Below are positions 52,901-64,000 of a stretch of DNA of 64,000 nucleotides, piece after piece. Positions within the stretch are counted from its first letter, which is position 1. Each line of letters begins with the position of its first letter. A program made the position numbers and the translations under genes. The notes under the pieces are model-generated. The model did no database searches and had not been told where the DNA came from. It saw only the letters and a program-made list of their open reading frames with translations. Origin of the DNA: Vicugna vicugna. Its lineage: Eukaryota. The stretch lies in assembly GCA_013265495.1 (NCBI GenBank), contig MU058844.1, positions 8,948,184 to 9,012,183 of the forward strand. Direction: 5' to 3'.

Positions 52901-55696
52901 GTTCGTTTCTTATCCACCACCCAGGGTATGTAGTTTCTTGAGGAAAATTAGGTGAATTACATAGTAAACAAACAACTCATTCTGTACCTTCAAGCATAGT
53001 TTATGACATGGTTACTGTAGTTTATATAGTTTAGAAATTGTATTATTGTCAGAATTTAATTTTAACAAAATTCAGTAGTTTTCTGAGTAAACTTTGATAC
53101 CATCAAAACATTTCTTACACTACATATATGTGTATAGTTGAGTACTGATATACAAATACATATTTGATGTATATATATGTGTATATATATATCAGAGTAT
53201 ATATAGATGGGTCTCATATATATCTATGAGGAAGAGTATGTAATAAGTGTGATGGCACCATTTGCACAAGTATCCTATGTAAATTCAGCTCTTCATGTAC
53301 TGCAACAACAAAAAGGGAGACAAATAACCATTTAAATGTTGCAGCAGATTCCATGCAATGAGCATGTCCCCCCAGATGAATGTGATACGGGAAACCTGAG
53401 GAATTTCTAAAGTCACTCCTCTGCTTCTTATGGTGTGAGCACCTTGTGATGCTGAATGCAACCCCTGTATTTAAACATACTTCTCATATATTACAAAATA
53501 CACATCGTACTTTTCATACAACAAAGCCCTACGGCAGGCAGGTCATCCATCTGGTGCTCTTCCCCGGTAGGAGTGATTTGTTCTAATTTGGGAGGAAAAT
53601 TGCTTGGAGTGGACCTAGTGGGATGTAGAATGTTGCTCTCCAGTGTGATGCCTCCTTAAGGGATTGTCTAGAGTGGTTTTGAATAAATTGATTTTTGCCT
53701 TGTGAGCTGACTTTTAAAACCTAACCATTCCCACAGAGAAGATGAGATTTCTCCTTAAACATCTACATGTGACAGGTTTGAGGGACACCATATTCAGGTC
53801 TGCCTTTGGCAACTAATTTTTTCAAAAGGAAGTGAATAGTTGTAGATTTGCCCCAAAATAAAGTGGTCAGATGACAGGTGAAATAAATATTTGTTGCATT
53901 ATATATGCCATTTTGTGCGGCACAGCTTGCAATTGTTATATGGAACATTTTTAGGAATCTGATTTCCTTATTCTTTTTATTGGGGCAGCAGTCTCAGCTA
54001 TGTTAAGGAACAACCATTTGAGGATTCCTGGGAGTGTAACAGTGTGCTTAGGAGTTGGTCTATCATTTTATAATTGAAGTAAATGAGGGGGTGGGAAAAC
54101 ACATATGCTGCTCATTAGAATATTTTCCTTTAGACTATTGTAAATACTTTCAGAAAGGGGTGTGTGCAGTTCACAGTATGGCCTTACAGTTGTGCTCACT
54201 TTGCCTTTTTGTAGAAAGACATTTGGAACAGAGCATCCTGGGTTCTAATTCAGTTACACCTCTATAATTCTGTGTGGTTTAGAGCAAGTATCTTCCAGAG
54301 AGTCTTATGTTCAGAAAATAATAAGTTTGGATTAAATGGTCTCTAAGACTACTTCGGCTTTAAAAGTCTGTATTTTTATACATTTTCTCTGTTCAAATAC
54401 ACCATGCATCTGAAGTGCCATTTGTGTAATGATTCATTTTATAAATATTCAGTGAAGATACTATTTTCTATTTACAATATTAATCAGAACTAATATCATT
54501 CAAAATAATTGCTTTTCATACTTAAGTAATGAAATGAATAATGCTTTATGTCATTCACACAGAATTCTTTAGAAACCGCTTTTATTTCCATTTAAGAGAT
54601 TTTATAGAGTAATCTTTGTTGATTTTATATACTTGAAACAGTGATTTCTATTAAAGATTCTAAAAATAAACCCATGAAACCACACTGTAATATAAATATC
54701 TATGTTATAGCATTTATCACAGTTTATAACACTATTTGTGTATGTTTTTCCCTCAAAAGTTTAAGGACTGTATCTTACAGAAGTTTATACTTTAGCCTGT
54801 AAATGATGATGGTTTAATACCTGTTAAGTGAGCAAATTAATGAGTAGTGACCAAAGTGTGTCATTATAGGAGTCAAGAGTGGAGACAGTTTTAAAGAAAG
54901 GAGCAATAAATTGTGTCAAATAGTAGACAGATTATTAGAAGTAGACTAAAAGGATCATTGGATTCCATTCATCAGAAATGAAGCCAAATTGCAATGAACA
55001 AGTTAAAACCAAATGGAAGCAGTGAAGTTAGACCACTTAAGATGCATAGTTATGAAAACAAGAAATCTAAGGCAATAGAATAGAGGTTGTAAATATATTA
55101 AACTTACTGTTTTAAAATCCTTAAATATATCAGTGATGCATAATGTTTGAAGGTCTTGCTGAGGGATACAGTGCCAATGCTGGGGAAAGAGGGTACCCAG
55201 GGTAAGCAGTGGAATGGCACATTAGAGGAAGTAGAGAAGATAAAAGTAACGTCATAGGCAAATTGTTATCTTTGGAAACGGATAGATGGCTGAGTTCTTT
55301 GTAAAAAATACTTCAAAAAGAAAATGAATGTGTGTATTGAAAAAATGACAAGATAAAGAGATTTGCTTTTAAATAAGAAGGAACTAAACATAGAGATCAT
55401 GACTTCTCTTTGTAGACAATGTTCATTGTCCATTGCCGGGAATAATGACTTGTAAGAATATTTCTCCTTGCCTAACACCCTGAAGGAATATTCGTATTAC
55501 CATAATGGAATTCTTCAGAGCAAGAGGTTATTGTACAGTCAGCACAAACTCTCATGTAAAATGGCTACGCGTGTTGAAATACTCCTCAGTGAACCTTTTT
55601 CAGCTCTCATGTTTAGTCCTAACTACACACGAATTGTCATTGTTTTTCCCTAAGAGTATTATTCTGCAATTTTCTGTAGAATAAAAACTACTTAAT

Positions 55697-55887
55697 ATAA
55701 AATAGATATACAATAAGTTTCTTCTGTATAGCACAGGGAACCATATTCAAAATCTTGTAGTAACCTGTAACAAAAAAGAATATGAAAACAAATATATGCA
55801 TATATATATGAATGACAGAAACATTATGCTGTATACCAGAGATTGACACAACATTGTAAACTGACTATACCTGAATTAAAAGAAAGA
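55697..55887 (+). mobile_element. LINE-1 3' UTR end, camelid/artiodactyl type
   Basis: CTGTATAGCACAGGGAACCATATTCAA...GACACAACATTGTAAACTGACTATAC; related to the element at 1-241. Confidence 0.85.
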
Positions 55888-56634
55888 CAAATCATTGATG
55901 GGCAGTAAAAACAACACACTAAGCTTCTCTGAATTATTTTTATTTTATATGCTGGCTTAATTATTTTTACTTAAGTTTTAATTTTATGAGCAGAGCAGAG
56001 AATATCTACAATTAACCGTGGGCTTAGATTAGCTTATTTTATTTTTCTTAGTAACTTACTGCTTTTAGATTCATTCAGTTTTTGTTTCTTCCACTGTTTT
56101 GTTGTAATTTTCTCCTCCTGTCTCCTAAGTTTTATATATATATATATATTTTTTTTTTTGCAATACTTGGCAACAGATAACTGCTATAGAACTAGGTCTG
56201 AAAAACATGCAGGCCCATCCTCTTCTCATGAGATAAGAAAGCTTTAGAATTAAAGAAGTCCTGTTAATATTAACTTATTAAGTGATTTTTATCTTTGATG
56301 ACATCTCTGTTTTCTGTCACAAGCAAAAAAAAAAAAAAGTGAACACAGAGTATTTGTTACAGTTAAAATAGCCAGAATTCACTGGACTTAAAAGGTTGTA
56401 GCTGAATGCTGAATATTACTGCCACCATTTTGGTAGAAAGAATTGGCTCCATCCATGTGGCTATTTATCACATGTTTCAGATTGTAAACCTCAGGTAGAA
56501 GCTTCCAAATGGCTGAATGTACCTGTGTCCTAGTTGTTAAGAATCCAGGTAAGCCTCTTTTGGCAGTGAAATACCAATGTTCCTACCATCAAGACCCATC
56601 CATTCCTCTACCACTCCCATCCCCAACTCAGTTA

Positions 56635-56802
56635 CAGTCAGCCTTATGTATCCGTGAATTCAAAAAATTTTGGATGCAGAACCCTGGATATGAAGGGCCG
56701 ACTGTACTACCCCATTTTATAAAAGGGACTTAAGCATTAGCAGATTTTGGGATCCACGCTTTGTCCTTGAACCAGTCCCCTACAGATATCAAGGGAGGAT
56801 TG
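56635..56802. mobile_element. Tigger2/MER2-family MITE with TA TSD
   Basis: TA|CAGTCAGCC...GGGAGGATTG|TA; internal TIR-like copy GGGCCGACTGTA at about 56695-56706. Confidence 0.8.
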
Positions 56803-59800
56803 TACTTAGTTCCAGTGGTGACCACCTTATCTAAACTCATCAGTGAGCTCTTTCTAGGGAATTTTAGTTGAAATGGGAAAAGAGAAAGCTTTGTATTTGT
56901 CCACATAAAGTTTGGGAGCGGTGTAAAGACCCATTTTTTTGTTTAACTAGGGGACCTAAAGAGAGAAAGAACTTCAGATGGTAAAAGAGAAAAGAAGCAA
57001 GATTAACAAAGAGGAATACCAATGATAAAAGAGCCAGTCTGTTAACATTCAAGTACTCTTATTTTTTCTTCATTCCTGAGACCCAGTTCAGTTTCTATCC
57101 CTGAATTTTATCAGACACACATTATCTAATAATTTAGCTTTCTTAAGTTAGAAACTTAAGAAAATTTATCCATTAACTCTGATTTCTGTAAATGCATTCC
57201 TTATTTGTAGGTCAGTGAAAATATGATAAAATATGATGAAATATGATGTGGAAAAGGTAGATGTGGAAAAAACATTTATATTGTGTTTGACATTTATAAA
57301 CTTTTAAAAGTATGAACTAGGTTCTACATATATAATGTTATATAGGTTAGTATAATATACAAATTCTATTTAAAAGGAGAGAAAAAAGAATTATACCCTT
57401 GCAAATACTTAAATTTTCTGCTTAGAGACAGAATTAGTACTTTAAAGTTACATGACACTAGAGTCTGGCTTTCTGGTATCATCTCTTGCTGCTCTACCTT
57501 GACTTTATGCTTAGTTAGTTCTCCTGTACATTAAAGCCTGGTTCTTATTCTTTTTTACCAGGATAATCTATTTAACCTTTAACAGTTCTTCAGATTTCAC
57601 CTCTGTATTCAATTAATCCAACAAGTGATTTTGTTTTTTTAATTGAGTAGCTTCTAATTATATGGTAAGAAAAACTAGAAAAAATACAGCTGTCTTAGGG
57701 CCTCCTGTCCAATGAAGAATCAAATATTTATCAAATACCCAAATACATATAAATGCCAAAATTCATAAGAAGCTATGAAGTAAAGGGATGAGGTTCAGAG
57801 AAAACTTTCCTGAGGAAGTCAAGAACTAAAAAGAAAAGTTGACTTTAACTACTTCAAAGGGAGGATGGGGAGTGGGATGATTGCTGAATGAGCCCCTGGA
57901 CAAGAGTTTTTCTACCATACCCATAGATTTGATTACATATTTTTCTTGGTCCTCCAATAGCATCATATGTACATCTCGGTCTTGGCACTTATATCCTCAA
58001 TTTATTATTTCTACTTCTCTACCAAAGAAAATGTAAAATTTTTGAAGCATGAGCTGTGTGTAATTTACTCTTGTTTATGCTAGCATAGTTACCTGTCACG
58101 TAGGGGGCACCCAAAACTACTTTATGAATTATTAGCTTATATTCTAATTGAAATGTTATGCCTCAAACTGGTGAGATTAAATTAGTTGCAATTTGATAAG
58201 GGAAATGTAGGATGTAGAAGACAGGACATTCTGCTCATGCATTTTGTTCTTTGCCATCTCATGTAATATTCACACTCCATGTCTGTCATTCTTCCTGTGT
58301 AAGCCCCTGTAGAAATACACACTGTCATATTAAATGAATCATAGGAATAATTTTGGCATGTTAATATACTTTTAACTTTACTAGTGAATTAAGTAAGTCA
58401 TTGCATTAAAATAGGGAGATATATATATAAATAGAAATAAGCAATTAGCTTTGCATTTTTGTATCAAAGCTAATTTACTGTAATTTGTGCAGAATGTCTT
58501 TTGTATGACAGGTGGTTTGTTGATGTCTTGTCCTTCCTGATCAGAAGTCTCACTAGATTAAATTTATCAGCTATTTTCAGATAGATGTATTTTGTTAAAT
58601 TTTCTAAATTTAAGCCTCTATAGTCACCAAGAAGTCATTCCTATAATGATAGAATACAGGGTACCTATGCTATAGCTGAAACTCAACTTAGGTCTCTGTG
58701 ATTCCAAATATAACCTCTTTCTCCTATCCTACACTTTCTCTTGCTTACAAATATAAAGTTACTTGATGTTGAAAAACATAGTAAAAGCAAATTGTTGACA
58801 CATTTAGGCTAAATTAAAATATTTAGAGCTATAAATTTAAGATCTGAAAAAGTCTTCTGTGAGAGAGAGCCCAGTTTTCTGCCTGATAAACAGCAGGCGC
58901 TAATGGACATTTATGGACATTCATTAAAAAAAGTCAGTTCAGTTTTTACTTAAGAAATAAATAAGACATCCTGATAAATCTAGTTCTTTTCAAAATACAT
59001 ATGATTGTTTGCTAATACTTTATATAAACAATCCAACTGTGGTTAGATTATGTGAGTACATATTACTTTTCACATATAATTCTACATCCAATGCTAAAGG
59101 ATTTTCTTTTTCTCTTCCCCTCTCTCTCTCAGACCCACACACATACACAGAGTTATGTTTTTTAAAAAGTACTTTTGACAGTATTTTACACATCTTATAC
59201 TACCTCTGATTTCTGTACCATATTTTCAACCTTTTTGGCATTTCAGTCACTGGTACCTGTACTCCTCACAGGTATAGCCCAATAAATGTCAGTTAAAAAG
59301 AGAAAAACAAGAAAGAAGGCACACAGCTCTTCTGCCTCTGCTAGTGTGAAGCATAACAAAATGTTTTACTTTGGAAGAGGCCGTGTAGGTCAGCCCACAC
59401 ATTAGCATTTGAACGTTTTATTCTGGCTAAATAAGACTACTGAGATAGGATGTTAATTAATTTGAGCAGATGTATGTCAACATCACTCTGGGGAAATAAA
59501 TGAGCCAGAAGACTACAAAAGATCTTAGCATCATAGGAAAAGCACTGGATAAGAGAAAAAAAATGTAAAATCATTTAATAATTATTTTTGGTTTGCAATT
59601 TTAAAGAGATCTCAGCATCCCACTTAAATATAAATGTGTCTTCTTTTGATGTTTTTGTGAACTCTGATACAATAGCACTTGAACTCATTCTTAAGTCTAG
59701 AATTACTGAGCCCTAAGAAAGAGTACTTTAATGTCGTCTTGGGTATAAATTTTCATATATTTATAAAATTTCCTTAGCTTGAAGTCATAATTTTGGTTAT

Positions 59801-62800
59801 GCAACAGGAAAAGACTAGTTTAACTTTGGGATAAAAATGATTTTCCTCTCAAATGAATACAACTGTGGAAACCCATAACACACAACTCCATGAAATTCCA
59901 ATCTGCGTCATCTTCTCTTGCCCTTTAATTTTCTTACCACCTAAAATATGTGCCCGCTCCCACACATGCACACATAGGTACACACACACACACTGTTGTC
60001 ACTACACCCACATTCCTTTTTTAAAAAGAAAAACAAGGCTTTTTAACACTTACTTCTGAAATGTAGTTAGCTGCTATTATCTGGATTTTGTGCCCATTAG
60101 AGTACCAGTTAGAGTATCCTGAAGCAATTCTTGACTCTAGAGAAATAAAGGGTGGCATTTTCTCCTTGTGTTTTAAAATTGTTTCAACTATTTCATGTAG
60201 TACAATATTTTCAAAAAGTTTAAATTTTCTTAATTTTCAAGACTATTAACTCTGGAATGAATTTAAGAAAAGGGATTAAGCTAGCCAAATAGCCCTATAT
60301 TGTAATTCAAGAACTTATAAAAACAAGTTGTGTACTGTTTCTAGTGTAAAAAGGACTATATTTCAGCTTTTAAAATTCACAACATACTCATATAGAAATG
60401 GCACTAACTCCATTGTGTTAAACCAAATGGAAACATGCATATATTCATAACATGCGTTGTTGCAGTGCGTGTTTACAGTGAGTGTAAATTGGCGAGTAGT
60501 AAGCCATATTTCACTAGCTGTGCCCTCACTTGCCATTGCAGGGCTTTAAATACTTAGCTTAGGGCCAGCCATGTCTCCAGGGATTTTACAAATCTCCAGA
60601 GAGGTCTCAAGAGTCCTCCTAAACAAAATTTTTGAGCTTCTGTTACCTGCATTGGCTGTCCTGGCTACTTTGACCATCCTGGCCTCTCTCATGTGTATTG
60701 CTCTACAGCTCTGTGATCACATTCCGATGGGCTTGTCTCCACCACCACCAGTGTGCCAGGGCCATGCTATAGTCCATGGAGAATGCTCTCTGTAGGTGGT
60801 CCACCTATCGGTGATTTATGTTTTGTTTGTCTGAATTTCCTGATTGTTCTCAGTGAGCTTACATCAAATTATAAGTTATAAGAAAATATATTTGCATTAA
60901 GATAAAGAAATATAGATCGCATTAACTATACATCTGTCCTCCATTTGTTCTAAATACTGTTTTAAGGTCCAAGCTCCACAAATTGAGAAGTATAGATAGC
61001 CTTTGGAAAACCATGAATACGGTCTCTATATATTTCAGCTTCGTTGTAAGAAGAATTAGGCACGATACAATAAAATTTCTTACTTATAAAGCAGAGTGAA
61101 TCATCTATATCCTCTTTGAGAATGAGCCACAATCTGGGGAGATCAAGAAATTTTACTTGATAAACCTGGTAGAATCTCATCTTTTAGGGTAATTTTGTAT
61201 AAAAGAGATATCTTTAGAATAACAGTATAACTCAAAAACTTTAAAAACATTATTATTATTTCTACTATAATGGCAGATTTCAGACAGGACCATTTGGTTC
61301 CAGGGAAAATCAAAGTTGTGATATCCTATGGCTCTTATTTAAGAAATTCTTTACCAAAATATATTCAATTCTTATCAGTGAGAGTGAGTTAGCTTCCACA
61401 ACTATTTTCCCTCCATTCTACAATGTATTTCTGTGGTGTATATATATACCTACATATTTGAAACTTACAACATTCTTTTTTGACTATTTCAAAAATGAAA
61501 TATTGATTTATATTAAAATATTATTTATTTGCATGCTATTTCAGATAGCATCAATAAAATGTGCAATATAATTTTATTATACTACCAATATTTGCAAATC
61601 TGCATAAATTTAGATGAGTCAGATAATTAAATAAATATATTTTCTTACTCCAGTAACGGCCATTTATTTTATTATTCAAAATAAATGAAAATGTTATAGT
61701 ATTATACTTCTATATGTTAGTGCTTCAACAAAATTGAATTATAAACACATTAATGTAACAAATTCTTCAATTAAGGAAGAACTGTGCTAACGACTGTCAT
61801 GACATTTGACTCAGGAATAGTTTCATATTTCTACCTTTTAGATTTTGGAGAACGAAATCAGAAAATTTTTATGCCAACTTTTGGTTAATAAGATAGAAAA
61901 TTACGATGTATATTATATTTTATTAGTTATTTAAAATTCTTAAAAACATACATGAAACATTTAAACATGCTTTTCAACAGTATCACTAAAATGTTCCATC
62001 TCTGATGAAGTGAAAGAATGTATCACATTGCACACCCAACCATATTATATGGACCAAATAAATGAAATTAGAAGAGAATTATAATGTAACTTTAAAATTA
62101 TGATCCAGGGCTACTGATTTGTAGCACATGATTTATAACTGGAAACCCACCATCCTTCAAGGAGCTTGTTGATTCTGTGTCCAATGATAATTCATTTGGT
62201 ATTTCAGGAACATAGTATGTTAGTCAAATCTCAATGTGTGCAGCTTAGTACATTTATAAATTGTTCATATAAACGTTCATACAAATTAGGCTATGGCTTT
62301 CCTATAGACACCTTTCCTGAACCCCCAGTGATATTAGAGACATAATTTATGGCCAGACAGTTTGTAAGTACATTTTAGCATAAGTATTAATTCTCTCAGA
62401 CCATTAACACTTTTAAGTAAATTACCCATTTAGTGAGCTAAATGCTATGTAATTTGAGAAGTCTCAGTTATGATCTGAAATTATTTAGCTCTGAGTGATG
62501 GCCTAGACTTTCTGTATTTTCAGGAATTAGCTTAAATAATAGAGAAAGAAAATTATTACAGCTATTCACCTATGGCAAGACTAACTTTAATGACAGCTAG
62601 TGGAAATTGCTGAAATAGTGCTGCTTCCTAGAATAATTGATAGCCTTTGTGATAAGATCTTTGAATAAGAAAGCATTAACTATAACAATTATATAACTTT
62701 TTAAGGCAGATTAATTTTAAAGATCCTCTCTACTGTGGTAAGCAGAAAAGAAAATACACAATTATTCTAACCAGAGTGAGTTGGACATTGTTAGCAGATG

Positions 62801-62829
62801 GGATTTTAAATATTCCTTACAGGTTTTGG

Positions 62830-63070
62830 GATTGGGGGATTTTGAGAGTCTGTCCTGTGCTTATCTGGGAATATCCTGATGAATGAAACAGATCTGATTC
62901 CTCCACTCACAGAGCTTTCAGTCCAGTTGGCAAATATTATTCAAGTAATCACTCTACATAATGTATAGCTGTAGATCAGGGAAGAATATACAGTTCTATA
63001 AAGGCATATAAGAATGACTTTCCTTTTGTTTGGAGAGGGGATAGAAAAGGCTTCCATAGATGAACATAAT
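62830..63070 (-). mobile_element. LINE-2 3' fragment
   Basis: GATGAATGAAACAGA...CACTCACAGAGCTTTCAGTCCAGT...GAAAAGGCTTCCATAGA. Confidence 0.55.
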
Positions 63071-63283
63071 TATATTCCTCTTGACCACAAATCTGGTTTC
63101 TCCTAATTCTCTAGCAGTCTCTGTAATCACAATTTAGTGGTAAATTGAGTTGATATTACCAGGGATGAAAATCTAAATGTGAATAGGCATGGAAACTTAT
63201 CAGAGTAACTAAGGTTGCAAGAATATTCAGTTAGGATTTACATTGAAATGGTTAGATAACCTTAACTTTATTTTGTGAAAAAG

Positions 63284-63285
<2 letters not shown>

Positions 63286-63322
<37 letters not shown>
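63286..63322. repeat. (TG)18 microsatellite
   Basis: Read directly. Confidence 0.95.
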
Positions 63323-63324
<2 letters not shown>

Positions 63325-64000
63325 ATAAGTTTTGGAGTCACAGAGACCTGATAAACCACTTCTTATTTAATACCTTCTTTGTCCTTTGACAATCTCATTG
63401 AGGAAAAAATTTAAAAAGTAGGAGCCATCAGGGTAACTCAGGTCATTTATATAAATATAAAAATTTTTTTAGCAGTTTAAAACATTAAGAGCTGCTGGTT
63501 CAAAATTATATTGAATATGAAAATTAGATAATCTGCCATATTCGTGCTAATAGAAAATACAAATATAAATGCAAGAAGTACAAGATGTATCTATTTTGAA
63601 AAATAGCTCAACTCCATCAAGCTATTAATTTGCTAATTTGGGCTCTAGTCTCTTTCTTGTCCTTTATGAAATTAATTGTAGTGTTTGTGTTTTGCCAAAC
63701 AATCAGTGAAAAGATTAAATAACAGAAACCCATGACTAAAGAACTATTTGTTTTCTCCTAATGAAAGTCTCTCACTGTCTGAAAATTGTGCCTATTAAGA
63801 TTTATAGATTATCAATTCAAAGAATCTTAGATTAATGAGGCATAATCCCTTTTGGGAAAAATAGGAAAATAATTAATGCCAATGTTATTCCTTAGTTGTA
63901 GTTATCATATTCAATGAGATTTCATTTAACTAAAAACATGTGATAATGATTTTATATACATTATTACATGTTACACTGTAATACTATCCTATGTTACATA

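Larger units (their letters stand above)
1..64000 (+). other. PPFIA2: Window inferred to lie inside a large 5' intron of PPFIA2
   Basis: Inferred from the alternative exon. I did not see the neighbouring liprin exons (DIESLTGG..., EFAALTKE...) in the window; composition is intronic. Confidence 0.7.

Noticed and set aside
58094..58112. CTCF-like CACGTAGGGGGCAC (and CAGCAGGCGCTA near 58890)
   Set aside because: The 5' half of the motif is poor; the first appears to lie in an L2 tail.
1..64000. ORF-track entries as genes, or a novel multi-gene, CRISPR or defence system
   Set aside because: All ORFs are 151 aa or shorter, many have non-ATG starts or lie in repeats, and the only recognisable peptides are L1 ORF2p remnants. 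No repeat-spacer array or operon is seen; the DNA is mammalian intronic.

Overview
AT-rich, CpG-depleted mammalian DNA, most likely from a camelid, judging by two Vic-1-type tRNA-derived SINEs and camelid-type L1 3' ends. It reads as the interior of one very large intron. The only coding sequence I can support is an 81-nt ATG-containing exon at 30945-31025 (+), MIFSDMNTVSGSPKVHPPNGTRFYTFQ, followed by a phase-0 GTAAGT donor. From memory (no search run) this is the alternative first exon of PPFIA2 (liprin-alpha-2), spliced onto the EFAALTKELN exon outside the window. The rest is interspersed repeats (L1, L2, MIR, MaLR/ERV LTRs, hAT and Tigger MITEs, SINEs), microsatellites and unique non-coding DNA. 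Points worth a second look: a 61-codon uORF in frame with the alternative exon that stops two codons before its ATG; a near-perfect 356-bp tandem duplication; a CpG- and E-box-rich element with nested inverted repeats near 13.6 kb; a roughly 0.9-kb CpG-retaining unique block apparently inside a split L2; and candidate CTCF, RFX and POU sites. I see no convincing new biological system. Repeat family names and boundaries were assigned by eye and are approximate.
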